A DNA stretch of 40,206 nt from an uncultured Gammaproteobacteria bacterium. GTDB lineage: Bacteria; Patescibacteriota; Patescibacteriia; UBA2591; UBA6264. A model generated the notes under the pieces. It had not been told where the DNA came from, did no database searches, and worked only from the letters and a program-made list of their open reading frames with translations. This document shows, piece by piece, positions 27,022-36,769 of this stretch (positions within the stretch are counted from its first letter, which is position 1; every line of letters begins with the position of its first letter). The position numbers and the translations under genes were made by a program. The stretch spans positions 1 to 40,206 of the forward strand of contig CAZHDT010000004.1 of NCBI GenBank assembly GCA_964531505.1. Reading direction: 5' to 3'.

Positions 27022-27680
27022 GAACATAAAGATATTTTCCCTTTTAATTTTTTAATAACCTGGCGGGAAATATCTTCTATTGAACCTTCTCCATTAACTA
27101 CGATGAGTATTTTTTTTCGGCGATAAAAATCTATCGCTGGTTTTACTCTTTGATGAAACCAATCTAATCTTCTTTGAATCGCTTTTTTTTCCTGATCATA
27201 ACCTCTAACTTGAATTTTTCCTCCGCAATCAGAACATTTTTTTATTTTACGAGAACTAAAAATTTTCCCGCAATTAGAACAGACACTCCTTTTTAAAAGC
27301 CTTTTCATTGCCGATTGATCGCTTACTTCAAATAAGATAGCGTAAGTTGGCCTTTTTTGATTTTCTAAAATCCTTGCTAAATCATAAGCTTGCCCTGCGG
27401 TTCTAGGATAGCCATCAATTAAAAGCCCTTTTTGCTTGTTTATTTTTTTAAAAGCTTGCTGAAATAAATCAAAAATAAAATCATCGGGAAAATGCATCCC
27501 GACTTTATCCATCCATTTAGCTAATTTACCTTGCGCGTCTTTTTTTTCGCTCACTTGGCGGACTAAATGACCCATTTCAATTGTTTGTAATCCAAATTCT
27601 TTTGCCAACATCTGAGATTGGGTTCCTTTGCCTGATCCAGCTGGGCCTAAAATAATAAGATTAAAAACTTTTTTGCCCAT
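27018..27680 (-). CDS. adk: Adenylate kinase (Zn-lid type)
   Basis: GPAGSGKGTQ, DGYPR, CSNC...CSDC lid; position after secY. Confidence 0.9.
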   Translation of the reverse strand: MGKKVFNLIILGPAGSGKGTQSQMLAKEFGLQTIEMGHLVRQVSEKKDAQGKLAKWMDKVGMHFPDDFIFDLFQQAFKKINKQKGLLIDGYPRTAGQAYDLARILENQKRPTYAILFEVSDQSAMKRLLKRSVCSNCGKIFSSRKIKKCSDCGGKIQVRGYDQEKKAIQRRLDWFHQRVKPAIDFYRRKKILIVVNGEGSIEDISRQVIKKLKGKISLCS

Positions 27681-27698
27681 AAAATATTTTATTTACTT

Positions 27699-28973
27699 TT
27701 ATAATCCTTCGTATTCGTGCATAGAAACTTGAGCTTGAATTTGCTTAACTGTTTCTAATACCACGCTTACCACAATCAAAATAGCCGCTCCGCCAATAGT
27801 AAAACTAGAAAATTTAAAAAAGTTTTGAGTAATTATTGGCAGAATAGCAATGATTCCTAAAAATAAAGCTCCTGCTAACATAATTCTATTGCTAACTAAA
27901 GATAAAAAATTAGCCGTTGGTTTGCCCGGCCTTAAGCCGGGAATAAATCCCCCTTGTTTTTGCAAATTTTCCGCAATCTGAACCGGATGAAAAATAATAC
28001 TGGTGTAAAAATAAGTAAAAGCAACAACTAAAATAAAATAAAGCAAGCCATAAATTAATTGATTTTGATTAATTGCCATTAAAATTGTTCCAGCTTTATT
28101 CCAAAAAATAGAACTTGACCTCGTTAATAATTGGCCAATTAAACCAGGAAATAAAACTAAAGAAATAGCAAAAATAATAGGAATCATTCCCGCTTGATTT
28201 ACTTTTAAAGGAAGGTAAGTGTCTGTGCCACCATACATTCTGTTCCCCCTGATTCGCCGAGCATAAGTAATTGGAATATTTCTTTGTCCTTCGGTAATAA
28301 AAACCACTCCGGCAATTGTAATAAGGGCTAAAACAATTAAAACCAACAAATTAATAATCTGCTCTTTTGAAAACGTAACTATCATTTGTTGAATAGAAAC
28401 CGGAATCCTTTCTACAATTCCAGCTAAAATAAGAAGAGATATTCCATTGCCAATCTTTTTTTCCGTAATTAATTCTCCCAGCCACATTAGAAAAACCGTC
28501 CCAGCAGTCATTACTAAAATAATATTGGTTAATTGAAAAAAGGACAAATCGCCGATAATCTGCTGACTAGATTGACGAAAAAGCATAATCATGCCATAAG
28601 ACTGTAAAATAGCCAAAGGAATGGTTAATAATCTTGAATATTGATTTATTTTATGATAACCACTCGCCCCTTCTTTGCTTAATTCTTCCAAACGAGGAAC
28701 AATCATTGTTAAAAGCTGCATAATAATGGAAGCGGTAATATAAGGGGCAACTCCCATGGCGACTAATGAAAAATTAGACATTGCTCCTCCAGAAAGAATA
28801 TTTAACATTCCTAACATTTCATTGCGAGAAAAAAAATCTTTTAAATTAGCAATATTGACTCCGGGAATCGGGATATGAGCCGCTAAACGAAAAATAAAAA
28901 GAAGCCCTAAAATAAAAAGTATTTTATTTCTTAAATCTTTAATCTGCCAAACTTGTTTGACTTTTTCCAACAT
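27699..28973 (-). CDS. secY: Preprotein translocase subunit SecY
   Basis: MGVAPYITASII, WLGELITE, GNGISL, GFIPGLRPG. Confidence 0.98.
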   Translation of the reverse strand: MLEKVKQVWQIKDLRNKILFILGLLFIFRLAAHIPIPGVNIANLKDFFSRNEMLGMLNILSGGAMSNFSLVAMGVAPYITASIIMQLLTMIVPRLEELSKEGASGYHKINQYSRLLTIPLAILQSYGMIMLFRQSSQQIIGDLSFFQLTNIILVMTAGTVFLMWLGELITEKKIGNGISLLILAGIVERIPVSIQQMIVTFSKEQIINLLVLIVLALITIAGVVFITEGQRNIPITYARRIRGNRMYGGTDTYLPLKVNQAGMIPIIFAISLVLFPGLIGQLLTRSSSIFWNKAGTILMAINQNQLIYGLLYFILVVAFTYFYTSIIFHPVQIAENLQKQGGFIPGLRPGKPTANFLSLVSNRIMLAGALFLGIIAILPIITQNFFKFSSFTIGGAAILIVVSVVLETVKQIQAQVSMHEYEGL

Positions 28974-28974
28974 T

Positions 28975-29457
28975 TTATTTTTTTATTTTTTTCTTCTTAG
29001 AAGAAGGTGAAATAATCGCCTTTCCACCAGCTTTTTCAATTATTTTCTTAGCTAAATCAGAAAAAGCGTGAGCCTGAACAGTTAATTTTTTATTTAATTC
29101 TCCTCTTCCTAAAATTTTAATCCTTCCATCCTTTTTTTTCAAGATACCGGCTTCTCGCAATTTTTTTATATCAATTATGTCCCCTTCTTTAAATTTTTTT
29201 TCTAAATAACTCAAATTAATTACTTTATCAAAGTTACAAAAATGCCGTTTAAAGCCTTTCTTTTTGGGGAAACTCTTTAAAATACTTTTTAATCCTTTAA
29301 CTTTTAATCCTTTTTTTCCTCCAGAACGAGATCGTTGCCCTTTCATTCCTCTTCCAGAATAAGTACCAGGGTCAGAGGAATTATTTCCTCGACCGATCCT
29401 TTTACCTTTTTTTCTGGAGCCAATTGCCGGTTTTAATTGAGATAATTTAACAGCCAT
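28975..29457 (-). CDS. rplO: 50S ribosomal protein L15
   Basis: RIGRG, SGRGMKGQRSRSG, KILGRG; operon position. Confidence 0.96.
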   Translation of the reverse strand: MAVKLSQLKPAIGSRKKGKRIGRGNNSSDPGTYSGRGMKGQRSRSGGKKGLKVKGLKSILKSFPKKKGFKRHFCNFDKVINLSYLEKKFKEGDIIDIKKLREAGILKKKDGRIKILGRGELNKKLTVQAHAFSDLAKKIIEKAGGKAIISPSSKKKKIKK

Positions 29458-29473
29458 AAAAATTATTTTAATT

Positions 29474-29959
29474 CTATTGAGACCTTAAAGATTCTAACGC
29501 TTTAATAGTTGCTTGAACATTATTAATTTTATTTTTCGACCCCATAATTTTAGCCGTGACATTTTTTAATCCGGCCAAAGATAAAACTGTTCTTACCACT
29601 CCGCCTGCCACTAAACCATGACCCTTTTCTGCCGGGCGAATTAAAATTTTAGCCGCGCCATATTTTTCTAAAACCCAATGAGGGATTGTTTCATTAACAA
29701 TTAAAACTTTAATTAAATTCTTATTTGCTTTTCGAACCGCTTTTTCAATCGCGATAGAAACATCTGCTCCCTTGGCAACCCCTACCCCAACTTCCCCTTT
29801 AAAATTACCTAAAACAATACAAGCGCGGAAACTCAAACGTTTACCGCCTTTTACTACCCTGGTAACTCGAGCCAAATCAACCAACTGTTGTTCGTACTCT
29901 CTTTCCTCTTTAATTCTGGGATTATTTCTTTGATTTCTATTTTTTTCTTGATAAGGCAT
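29474..29959 (-). CDS. rpsE: 30S ribosomal protein S5
   Basis: RVTRVVKGGKRLSFRA. Confidence 0.97.
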   Translation of the reverse strand: MPYQEKNRNQRNNPRIKEEREYEQQLVDLARVTRVVKGGKRLSFRACIVLGNFKGEVGVGVAKGADVSIAIEKAVRKANKNLIKVLIVNETIPHWVLEKYGAAKILIRPAEKGHGLVAGGVVRTVLSLAGLKNVTAKIMGSKNKINNVQATIKALESLRSQ

Positions 29960-29963
29960 AATT

Positions 29964-30323
29964 TTAAAATTTTAAACCGCCTTCCCTAGCTCCTTCAGCG
30001 ACGGCTTTTACTCGACCGTGGTATTTATAACCACCACGATCAAAAACAATGTTTTGAATTTTTTTCTCCAAGGCTTTCTGAGCTAAAGCTTTTCCCAATT
30101 CAAAAGCTGAATCAATTTTAGTTATCTTATTTTTTTCACTTTTTATCGTTTGATCATTAAGCGCCAATAATGTCTTTCCTTTTTCATCATCAATTAATTG
30201 AAGATAAATATATTTATTACTTCTAAAAACAGACAATCTTGGGCGTTTATGGGTGCCATTAATTTTAGTCCTAATTCTATTTTTTCTTCTTTCTCTTTGT
30301 TGTGTTTTAGTTTTTACTACCAT
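29964..30323 (-). CDS. rplR: 50S ribosomal protein L18
   Basis: RPRLSVFRSN, FDRGGYKYHGRV. Confidence 0.97.
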   Translation of the reverse strand: MVVKTKTQQRERRKNRIRTKINGTHKRPRLSVFRSNKYIYLQLIDDEKGKTLLALNDQTIKSEKNKITKIDSAFELGKALAQKALEKKIQNIVFDRGGYKYHGRVKAVAEGAREGGLKF

Positions 30324-30365
30324 ATATTATATATTATATAAATATAACTTTTAAAATAACTTTTG

Positions 30366-30905
30366 TTAAGCGCCCGCCTTTTTACCAGCTTTTTTTCTAA
30401 CAATTTCTCCAAAATATCTGATTCCTTTTCCTTTATAAGGTTCTGGTTTTCTTAATTTTCTAATCTGCGCCGCCATTTCCCCTACTAATTGTTTATCAAT
30501 ACCTTTTAATAAAATTGTATTTTGTTCCACAATGGCCTCAATTCCTTGAGGGAGAGGAAATTCCACTTGATGAGAAAATCCAATATTAAGTATGATTTTA
30601 TTCCCATTGACTTGAGCGCGAAAGCCGACTCCAACTAATTCTAATTTCTTTTCGAAACCTTCACTTACCCCCTTTATCATATTGAAGATTAAAGCGGCAA
30701 ATGTCCCCCAACAAGCATTTTGTTTTTTATCTTCCGGATTATTAACAAATACCTTAATTTGATTTTCGTTATTTTCAACTTTAATAAAATTCGGCAAGAA
30801 TTGATTTAATTCTCCCTTTTTTCCTTTAATATTAATGTTTTCTTTTTCAATTTTTACTTCTACGCCTTCCGGAACTACAATAATTTTTTTACCGATTCTT
30901 GACAT
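30366..30905 (-). CDS. rplF: 50S ribosomal protein L6
   Basis: MSRIGK start, PEPYKGKGI. Confidence 0.97.
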   Translation of the reverse strand: MSRIGKKIIVVPEGVEVKIEKENINIKGKKGELNQFLPNFIKVENNENQIKVFVNNPEDKKQNACWGTFAALIFNMIKGVSEGFEKKLELVGVGFRAQVNGNKIILNIGFSHQVEFPLPQGIEAIVEQNTILLKGIDKQLVGEMAAQIRKLRKPEPYKGKGIRYFGEIVRKKAGKKAGA

Positions 30906-30926
30906 ATTCAATAATTATTTGACCAA

Positions 30927-31331
30927 TTAATATAATTCACAAATTAATTCCCCGCCCAAGCCCTTTTCTCTTGCTTGTTGACCAGTAACTAAACCTTGGG
31001 AAGTTGATAAAATATTAATACCAAAACCATTTAAAACTTTAGGAATTTTATCTTTTTTAACATAAATTCGACATCCGGGACGACTTACTCTCTTAATAAC
31101 TTTTATTGATGGCTCTCCACCTTCTTTATATTTTAAAGTAATTTTTATTTGTTTGAATTCGCTTTTAATTTTATCCAAACTAATTACTTCCACTCTTTGA
31201 ATCCATTTTTCCTTTTCTAAAACTTTAGCAATTTCAAATTTAATCTTAGAATATGGTAAAACTACTCTTTCTTTTTTAACAGCAAGAGCATTACGAATTC
31301 TGGTTAACATATCAGCGATTGGATCTGTCAT
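30927..31331 (-). CDS. rpsH: 30S ribosomal protein S8
   Basis: MTDPIADMLTRIRNA, STSQG. Confidence 0.98.
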   Translation of the reverse strand: MTDPIADMLTRIRNALAVKKERVVLPYSKIKFEIAKVLEKEKWIQRVEVISLDKIKSEFKQIKITLKYKEGGEPSIKVIKRVSRPGCRIYVKKDKIPKVLNGFGINILSTSQGLVTGQQAREKGLGGELICELY

Positions 31332-31380
31332 AATAAATTTATTTAAATGTTTTATTAAAATTGATAATTATTTTTGAAAA

Positions 31381-31566
31381 TTACCAGGATGATTTTCTAA
31401 TTCCCGTAATTGATCCTTTACAAGCTAATTCTCTAAAACAAATTCGACAAATACCAAACTCACCCATATACCCGTGTTGCCTCCCGCAACGCCAGCATCG
31501 ATGAACAATTCTGCTTTTATATTTTGGTTTTTTTTCAGATTTTATTTTCTGCGCTTTTGTTGCCAT
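31381..31566 (-). CDS. rpsN: 30S ribosomal protein S14 type Z (Zn-binding)
   Basis: 61 aa, CWRC...CRICFRE. Confidence 0.96.
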   Translation of the reverse strand: MATKAQKIKSEKKPKYKSRIVHRCWRCGRQHGYMGEFGICRICFRELACKGSITGIRKSSW

Positions 31567-31591
31567 TTTCTTATCTTTTTAACATTAAAAA

Positions 31592-32149
31592 TTAATTAAT
31601 TATTATTTTTCTAAAAGGAAAACCAAGTAATTTAAATAGAGCTAATCCCTGTTCTCGATTAGCGGATTTAACAGTAAATGTTATTTGCAAACCATGGACT
31701 TTTTCTATTTTTTCCTGGTCAATTTCAGGAAATACAGTTTGTTCTTTAAAACCAATTGATAAATTTCCGTTTTGGTCAATACTTTTTTCATTTAAACCGC
31801 GAAAGTCTCTGATTCTTGGCAAAACAATATTAATAACCTTTTCTAAAAAATCATACATTCTTTTGCCCCTTAAGGTAACGCTTACGCCAACCGGAATTCC
31901 TTCTCTTATTTTAAATCCAGCAATTGATTTTTTAGCTAAATTCTGAACCGGCTTTTGACCACTTATTTGAGTAATCGTTCCTTCCACTATTTCTAAATAT
32001 TTTGAGTTATGTTCTGTTTCTTTTTTGCTAATTCCGACATTAATCTTAATCTTTTCTAATTTCGGAACCATAAAATCGTTTTTAAAACCAAAAGATTTTT
32101 TCAATTCAGGAACAATTTCTTTTAAATATTTTGTCTTTATATTCGTCAT
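31592..32149 (-). CDS. rplE: 50S ribosomal protein L5
   Basis: GQKP, KSIAGFKIREG, LPRIRDFRG. Confidence 0.97.
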   Translation of the reverse strand: MTNIKTKYLKEIVPELKKSFGFKNDFMVPKLEKIKINVGISKKETEHNSKYLEIVEGTITQISGQKPVQNLAKKSIAGFKIREGIPVGVSVTLRGKRMYDFLEKVINIVLPRIRDFRGLNEKSIDQNGNLSIGFKEQTVFPEIDQEKIEKVHGLQITFTVKSANREQGLALFKLLGFPFRKIIIN

Positions 32150-32154
32150 AAATT

Positions 32155-32466
32155 TTATTTAAAAACATCTTTGCATTTTCGACAGAATCGTTCTTTCTTC
32201 CCATCAGCTAAAATTTTATATCCCGAACGAATCGCTTTTTTGCAATTTGGACAAATAAGAAGCACTTTGGAAACCTTTAAAGGCATTGCCATTTTAATCC
32301 TTTGTCCCTTTTCTCCCTCTCTCTTTGGTTTAACATGACGAGTCGCTAAATTTAAACCCTCCACCACAACTTTTTCATCCTTAAGTAAAACTCGCAAAAT
32401 CTTTCCTTTTTTTCCTTTGTCTTTTCCACTAATAATTTTTACGTTGTCGCCTTTTTTTATTTTCAT
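32155..32466 (-). CDS. rplX: 50S ribosomal protein L24 (with CxxC...CxxC)
   Basis: KOW motif IKKGDNVKIISGKDKGKKG. Confidence 0.96.
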   Translation of the reverse strand: MKIKKGDNVKIISGKDKGKKGKILRVLLKDEKVVVEGLNLATRHVKPKREGEKGQRIKMAMPLKVSKVLLICPNCKKAIRSGYKILADGKKERFCRKCKDVFK

Positions 32467-32492
32467 ATCTTTTTTTGCATCATTATTCTAAA

Positions 32493-32864
32493 TTATAATA
32501 CTTCAGGAGATAAAGAAATAATCCGATTAAAGCCATGTTCTCTTAAATCTCTTGAAACCGCGCCAAAAATACGGCTTCCTTTAGGCTCCTTAGTCTTTTT
32601 ATCAATAATTACCCCGGCATTATCATCAAATCTAATATAAGTGCCGTCCGGACGACGAGTTTCCTTTCTTGTCCTAACGATAACCACATGAACGATTTCT
32701 CCCTTTTTAACTGAAGTGTGAGGAACCGCTTTTTTAATAGTCACGGTAATAATATCACCGACCCGAGCATATCTTTTTTTATAACCGCCAAGAACGCGAA
32801 TACACTGCACTTCTTTTGCTCCAGTGTTGTCGATAATTTTTAGTCTCGTTTGCGGTTGAATCAT
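32493..32864 (-). CDS. rplN: 50S ribosomal protein L14
   Basis: DNTGAK, FDDNA, SPEVL. Confidence 0.98.
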   Translation of the reverse strand: MIQPQTRLKIIDNTGAKEVQCIRVLGGYKKRYARVGDIITVTIKKAVPHTSVKKGEIVHVVIVRTRKETRRPDGTYIRFDDNAGVIIDKKTKEPKGSRIFGAVSRDLREHGFNRIISLSPEVL

Positions 32865-32903
32865 ATATTTTATTTATCCTTTAAGGATTTATCAAAAAAA
32901 TAA

Positions 32904-33137
32904 TTATTTTTTTTCTATTAAACGCCACTTTTTATCTTTAGATAAAGGCCGACATTCTTCAAAAATAACTTTGTCGCCAATTTTTGCTTGGCCCTTTTCA
33001 TCTTGAACTTTATATTTTTTACTGACTCGATATCTCTTTTTATAAAGAGGGTGGACCTTAATTTGATTGATTTGAACTACAATTGTTTTATCCATTTTAT
33101 CACTTACCACCTGACCTTGAAATATTTTTTTTGCCAT
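32904..33137 (-). CDS. rpsQ: 30S ribosomal protein S17
   Basis: VVSDKMDKT, HPLYKK, RPLSK. Confidence 0.97.
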   Translation of the reverse strand: MAKKIFQGQVVSDKMDKTIVVQINQIKVHPLYKKRYRVSKKYKVQDEKGQAKIGDKVIFEECRPLSKDKKWRLIEKK

Positions 33138-33168
33138 ATCTATTTTTATATTTATAATTTAATTAATA

Positions 33169-33351
33169 TTATTTTATTTTTAAAATAGTAAAAATTTGAG
33201 CGATTAATTTCTTAGTTTTTCTTACTTCCCTGACATTTTTTGACTGCTTTAATTGAATGCTAAAATTTAAATTTCTTAGTTTTTCTTTTGTGTCCTGAAG
33301 CGTCTTTTCTAATTCCGGCTTGCTTTTTTGTCTTAATTCTGAAATATTCAT
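33169..33351 (-). CDS. rpmC: 50S ribosomal protein L29
   Basis: ELRQKS...IAQIFT; position between rplP and rpsQ. Confidence 0.92.
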   Translation of the reverse strand: MNISELRQKSKPELEKTLQDTKEKLRNLNFSIQLKQSKNVREVRKTKKLIAQIFTILKIK

Positions 33352-33356
33352 AGTTT

Positions 33357-33767
33357 TTATTTGATGATAAACTTGGTTTTAACCGGCAATTTATAAGAAG
33401 CGGCTTTTAAAGTTTTTTTAGCTGTTTCTTCGTCAATTCCAGCCACTTCAAAGAGAATCATTCCTGGTTTAATTACTGCCACATAATGATCAACTGCTCC
33501 TTTTCCTTTTCCCATAGGAGTTTCTGCTCCCTTAACCGTCACTGATTTATCAGGAAAAATTCTAATCCAAACCTTGCCCTTCTTTTTGAAATTTTTAGTA
33601 ATAGTTCTTCTAACTGATTCAATTTGGCGAGCGGTTATCCAACAATGTTCAAGACTTTTCAAACCATATTCGCCAAAACTAACATTAATGCCTTTACTAG
33701 CCTGTCCTTTATTGCGGCTTTTGCCCTTTTGCTGTTTTCGGTGTTTTGTCTTTTTTGGCATTAACAT
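33357..33767 (-). CDS. rplP: 50S ribosomal protein L16
   Basis: [25 protein letters not shown]. Confidence 0.98.
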   Translation of the reverse strand: MLMPKKTKHRKQQKGKSRNKGQASKGINVSFGEYGLKSLEHCWITARQIESVRRTITKNFKKKGKVWIRIFPDKSVTVKGAETPMGKGKGAVDHYVAVIKPGMILFEVAGIDEETAKKTLKAASYKLPVKTKFIIK

Positions 33768-33796
33768 ATATTTCGAATATTAAACAACAATAATAA

Positions 33797-34486
33797 TTAT
33801 TTATTAGAATCTTTAAGATTTATTTGATCAAAAGTCTTTTTTTCATTATCTTTAAATCTTTCTCCTCTATAAACCCATACTTTTACTCCAATTGTGCCAT
33901 AAATTGTAGCAGCAACTCCGCGAGAATAATCAATATCAGCGCGTAAAGTATGTAATGGCAATTTCCCCCAAATTAATTTTTCAGAACGGGCTATTTCCGC
34001 GCCTCCTAACCGACCATTCAAAACTACCTTTACCCCTTCCGCCTTACTGGCTTTAACTTGCTTAATAATTTTTTTCATAATCCGACGAAAAGGTATTCTT
34101 TTTTCCAAATCCATAATGGCTGATTCTAAAATAACCGCCGGAGATATTAAAGGTTCTTTTTCTTCTATCACATTAATCTCCAAATTCAATTTTTCATCTA
34201 AAAACTTTTCTTTTAAACTTTTCTTTAAATTTTCAATATCAACACCCCCGCGTCCGATAATCAAGCCTGGTTTGGCGGTATGAATAGTCAATCTTAAAAC
34301 AGTAGCCAAACGTTCTAAATTTATTTTAGAAATTCCACAATTTTTCAATTTGGTTTTTAAATATTTTCTAATTTCTATGTCTTGTTTTAAAAAATTCTTA
34401 AATTGACATTTATTAGCAAACCATTTTGAATCCCATTCTCGATTGTAAGGGATCCGGAAAATTTTTGGATTTACTTTTCTTCCCAT
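33797..34486 (-). CDS. rpsC: 30S ribosomal protein S3
   Basis: MGRKVNP, GRLGGAEIARSE, PLHTLRADIDY. Confidence 0.98.
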   Translation of the reverse strand: MGRKVNPKIFRIPYNREWDSKWFANKCQFKNFLKQDIEIRKYLKTKLKNCGISKINLERLATVLRLTIHTAKPGLIIGRGGVDIENLKKSLKEKFLDEKLNLEINVIEEKEPLISPAVILESAIMDLEKRIPFRRIMKKIIKQVKASKAEGVKVVLNGRLGGAEIARSEKLIWGKLPLHTLRADIDYSRGVAATIYGTIGVKVWVYRGERFKDNEKKTFDQINLKDSNK

Positions 34487-34533
34487 AAATATTTTTTATT
34501 CTACTATATATTATCTAAGATATTAATAAATAA

Positions 34534-35082
34534 TTAAATACTTTTTCTCCTAAAAATGTTTTTTACATGCCCTCTCTCTCCTTTTTGAGGCTTTAGATTT
34601 AAAGAAGTTTTTAAAAACTTTTCTTCTTTTTCTGATTTTGAAGTATGAACTGTTCCTAAATTTTCTTTTATTTCTTCCTGAACTGCTGTTTTTATCTCTG
34701 GCTCTTTTATTTTATCTTTTTTATTATCTTTTTTTAAATTATGAGTGGGGTTTATTTCACCTAAAATAATTTCAATGTGGGAGCTTTTTTTTCTAATCCT
34801 CCCAGCGCGACCAAAAGCTCTTGGTCGCCATCTTTTTAAAGCCGGCCCTTCATTTATTTTAATTTCTTTAATAAATAAATTTTCTTTTTTTAAATTAAAA
34901 TTATGTTCCGCATTGGCTAAAACTGATTTCAAAACTTTTTTAATAAAACCACTCGCTTTTTTAGGAATAAAATCCAAATAATCAATCGCTTCCTTAACAT
35001 TTTTTCTTCTAATTAAATCAGCTACTAATCTTGTTTTCTTGGCCGAAATCCTGAAATATTTTCCAATTGCTTTTATTTCCAT
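34534..35082 (-). CDS. rplV: 50S ribosomal protein L22 with long C-terminal extension
   Basis: ANAEHN, GPALKRWRPRAFGRA core followed by a ~70-aa charged tail. Confidence 0.96.
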   Translation of the reverse strand: MEIKAIGKYFRISAKKTRLVADLIRRKNVKEAIDYLDFIPKKASGFIKKVLKSVLANAEHNFNLKKENLFIKEIKINEGPALKRWRPRAFGRAGRIRKKSSHIEIILGEINPTHNLKKDNKKDKIKEPEIKTAVQEEIKENLGTVHTSKSEKEEKFLKTSLNLKPQKGERGHVKNIFRRKSI

Positions 35083-35099
35083 AATAATTCTCTAATTAT

Positions 35100-35390
35100 T
35101 TATTTTTTAGTGGTCGCATCAATTCCTTTCTGCATTTTCCCGCCATGTTTTTCAAACTTTCTAGTAGGTGAAAACTCTCCCAATTTATGACCGACCATAT
35201 CTTCAACAATAAAAACCGGAATATGTTTCTTGCCATTATGAACCTCAATGGTAAGGTTGACCATTTCCGGCACAATAGTAGAAGAACGAGCCCAAGTTTT
35301 AATTGTTGTTTTTTCCCCGGATTTAGCCATCAAGACTTTTTTCATCAATTTTGGATCAATCCAGGGTCCTTTTTTTAAACTACGAGACAT
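35100..35390 (-). CDS. rpsS: 30S ribosomal protein S19
   Basis: [20 protein letters not shown]. Confidence 0.98.
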   Translation of the reverse strand: MSRSLKKGPWIDPKLMKKVLMAKSGEKTTIKTWARSSTIVPEMVNLTIEVHNGKKHIPVFIVEDMVGHKLGEFSPTRKFEKHGGKMQKGIDATTKK

Positions 35391-35417
35391 ATAAAAATTT
35401 GTTAAAATTATATTTAT

Positions 35418-36263
35418 TTATTTTTTTCTTTTTTTAATTACTCTTCTTTGAATAATATATTTATTTGTCCATTTTTTCTTATTTCTTGTTTTTACTCCTA
35501 AAGCAGGTTTACCCCAAGGAGTTTTAGGTCTTTTCAGACCGATGGGACTATGCCCTTCTCCTCCGCCATGCGGATGAGCAACGGGCGCCATTGCCTTCCC
35601 TCTAACTGAGGGCCTAATTCCCCGATGACGCATTCTTCCGGCTTTTCCCCAGCGAACATATCGCCAATCCGAATTGCTAATCTGGCCACAACTAGCTAAA
35701 CAATTTTCCGAAATCATTCTTCTTTCGCTAGAAGGAAGTTTGATTTGAGCAAAACCATTATTTAAAGCCATTAGTGACGCAACGTTACCGGCTGAACGCA
35801 CTAAACGGCCACCCTGACCGGGAATTAACTCAATATTATGAATACTTGTTCCTGAAGGAATATGTTTTAAGGGCAAACGATTTCCTATTTTTGCATCAAT
35901 TTTATTTTTTGAACTAATAATAACGTCGCCAACCTTCAAACCGTCCGGAGCCAAAATATATCTTTTTTCACCATCTTGATAAGAAACTAAAGCAATCCAA
36001 GCTGAACGATTTGGGTCATACTCTAAAGTTTTGATTTTGCCAGATAAATCAAATTTATCCTGTTTAAAATCAATCTTGCGGTAATATCTTTTTTCTCCCC
36101 CTCCTTGATGACGAACCGTGACTTGACCACTATTATTTCTTCCAGATCTTTTCTTATTAATCTCTATTAAACTTTTTAAAGGTTTTACTTTAGATAATAA
36201 TCTGTGGTCAATAACACTCGTTTTTCTCCTTCCAGGAGTTGTTGGCTTATATATTTTTAACAT
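35418..36263 (-). CDS. rplB: 50S ribosomal protein L2
   Basis: EYDPNRSA, HPHGGGEG. Confidence 0.98.
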   Translation of the reverse strand: MLKIYKPTTPGRRKTSVIDHRLLSKVKPLKSLIEINKKRSGRNNSGQVTVRHQGGGEKRYYRKIDFKQDKFDLSGKIKTLEYDPNRSAWIALVSYQDGEKRYILAPDGLKVGDVIISSKNKIDAKIGNRLPLKHIPSGTSIHNIELIPGQGGRLVRSAGNVASLMALNNGFAQIKLPSSERRMISENCLASCGQISNSDWRYVRWGKAGRMRHRGIRPSVRGKAMAPVAHPHGGGEGHSPIGLKRPKTPWGKPALGVKTRNKKKWTNKYIIQRRVIKKRKK

Positions 36264-36313
36264 GAGAAAATGTTATTTATTATTTTTTTAATATTTTATC
36301 CTTTTAAATTATT

Positions 36314-36754
36314 TTATAAATTTGCCTTTTCAGATAAAAATGTTATCTTATCTCCCGGCTTTAAAAAAACCACTGCTTTTTTCCGATTCTTGGTTCTTCC
36401 TTTTGATTTGCCGTAACGAACATTTTTTCCACTAATGCGAACAATATTTACTTTTAGAGGATTAACCCGATAAAGGTCTTTAATGGCCTTTTTAATCATT
36501 ATTTTATTGGCCTTTAAATCAACTTCAAAAATATAGCGATTTTGAGCTTGTTGTTCAGTGGCTTTTTCAGTAATAATCGGCCGAACCAAAAAAGATTTAT
36601 CCATCCTGCTTCTAATCTCTTTTTTCGTTCCAACCGTTGTGACAGAAATATCTTTTTGAACCGAAGAAATTTTTTTAGGCTTTTCTATCTTTAATTCTTC
36701 TTTCTTCACTTTTTGATTTTCTTGGGGCTGATTTTTCTTTGTAAAAATTGCCAT
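36314..36754 (-). CDS. rplW: 50S ribosomal protein L23 with N-terminal extension
   Basis: PIITEKA, KKAVV core preceded by a ~50-aa Lys-rich extension. Confidence 0.94.
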   Translation of the reverse strand: MAIFTKKNQPQENQKVKKEELKIEKPKKISSVQKDISVTTVGTKKEIRSRMDKSFLVRPIITEKATEQQAQNRYIFEVDLKANKIMIKKAIKDLYRVNPLKVNIVRISGKNVRYGKSKGRTKNRKKAVVFLKPGDKITFLSEKANL

Positions 36755-36769
36755 ATTAATTAATTTATT

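Noticed and set aside
32876-32888. Small palindrome ATCCTT-T-AAGGAT between rpsQ and rplN, echoing the rpoB-rpoC hairpin arms
   Set aside because: 6-bp arms with a 1-nt loop; not significant.
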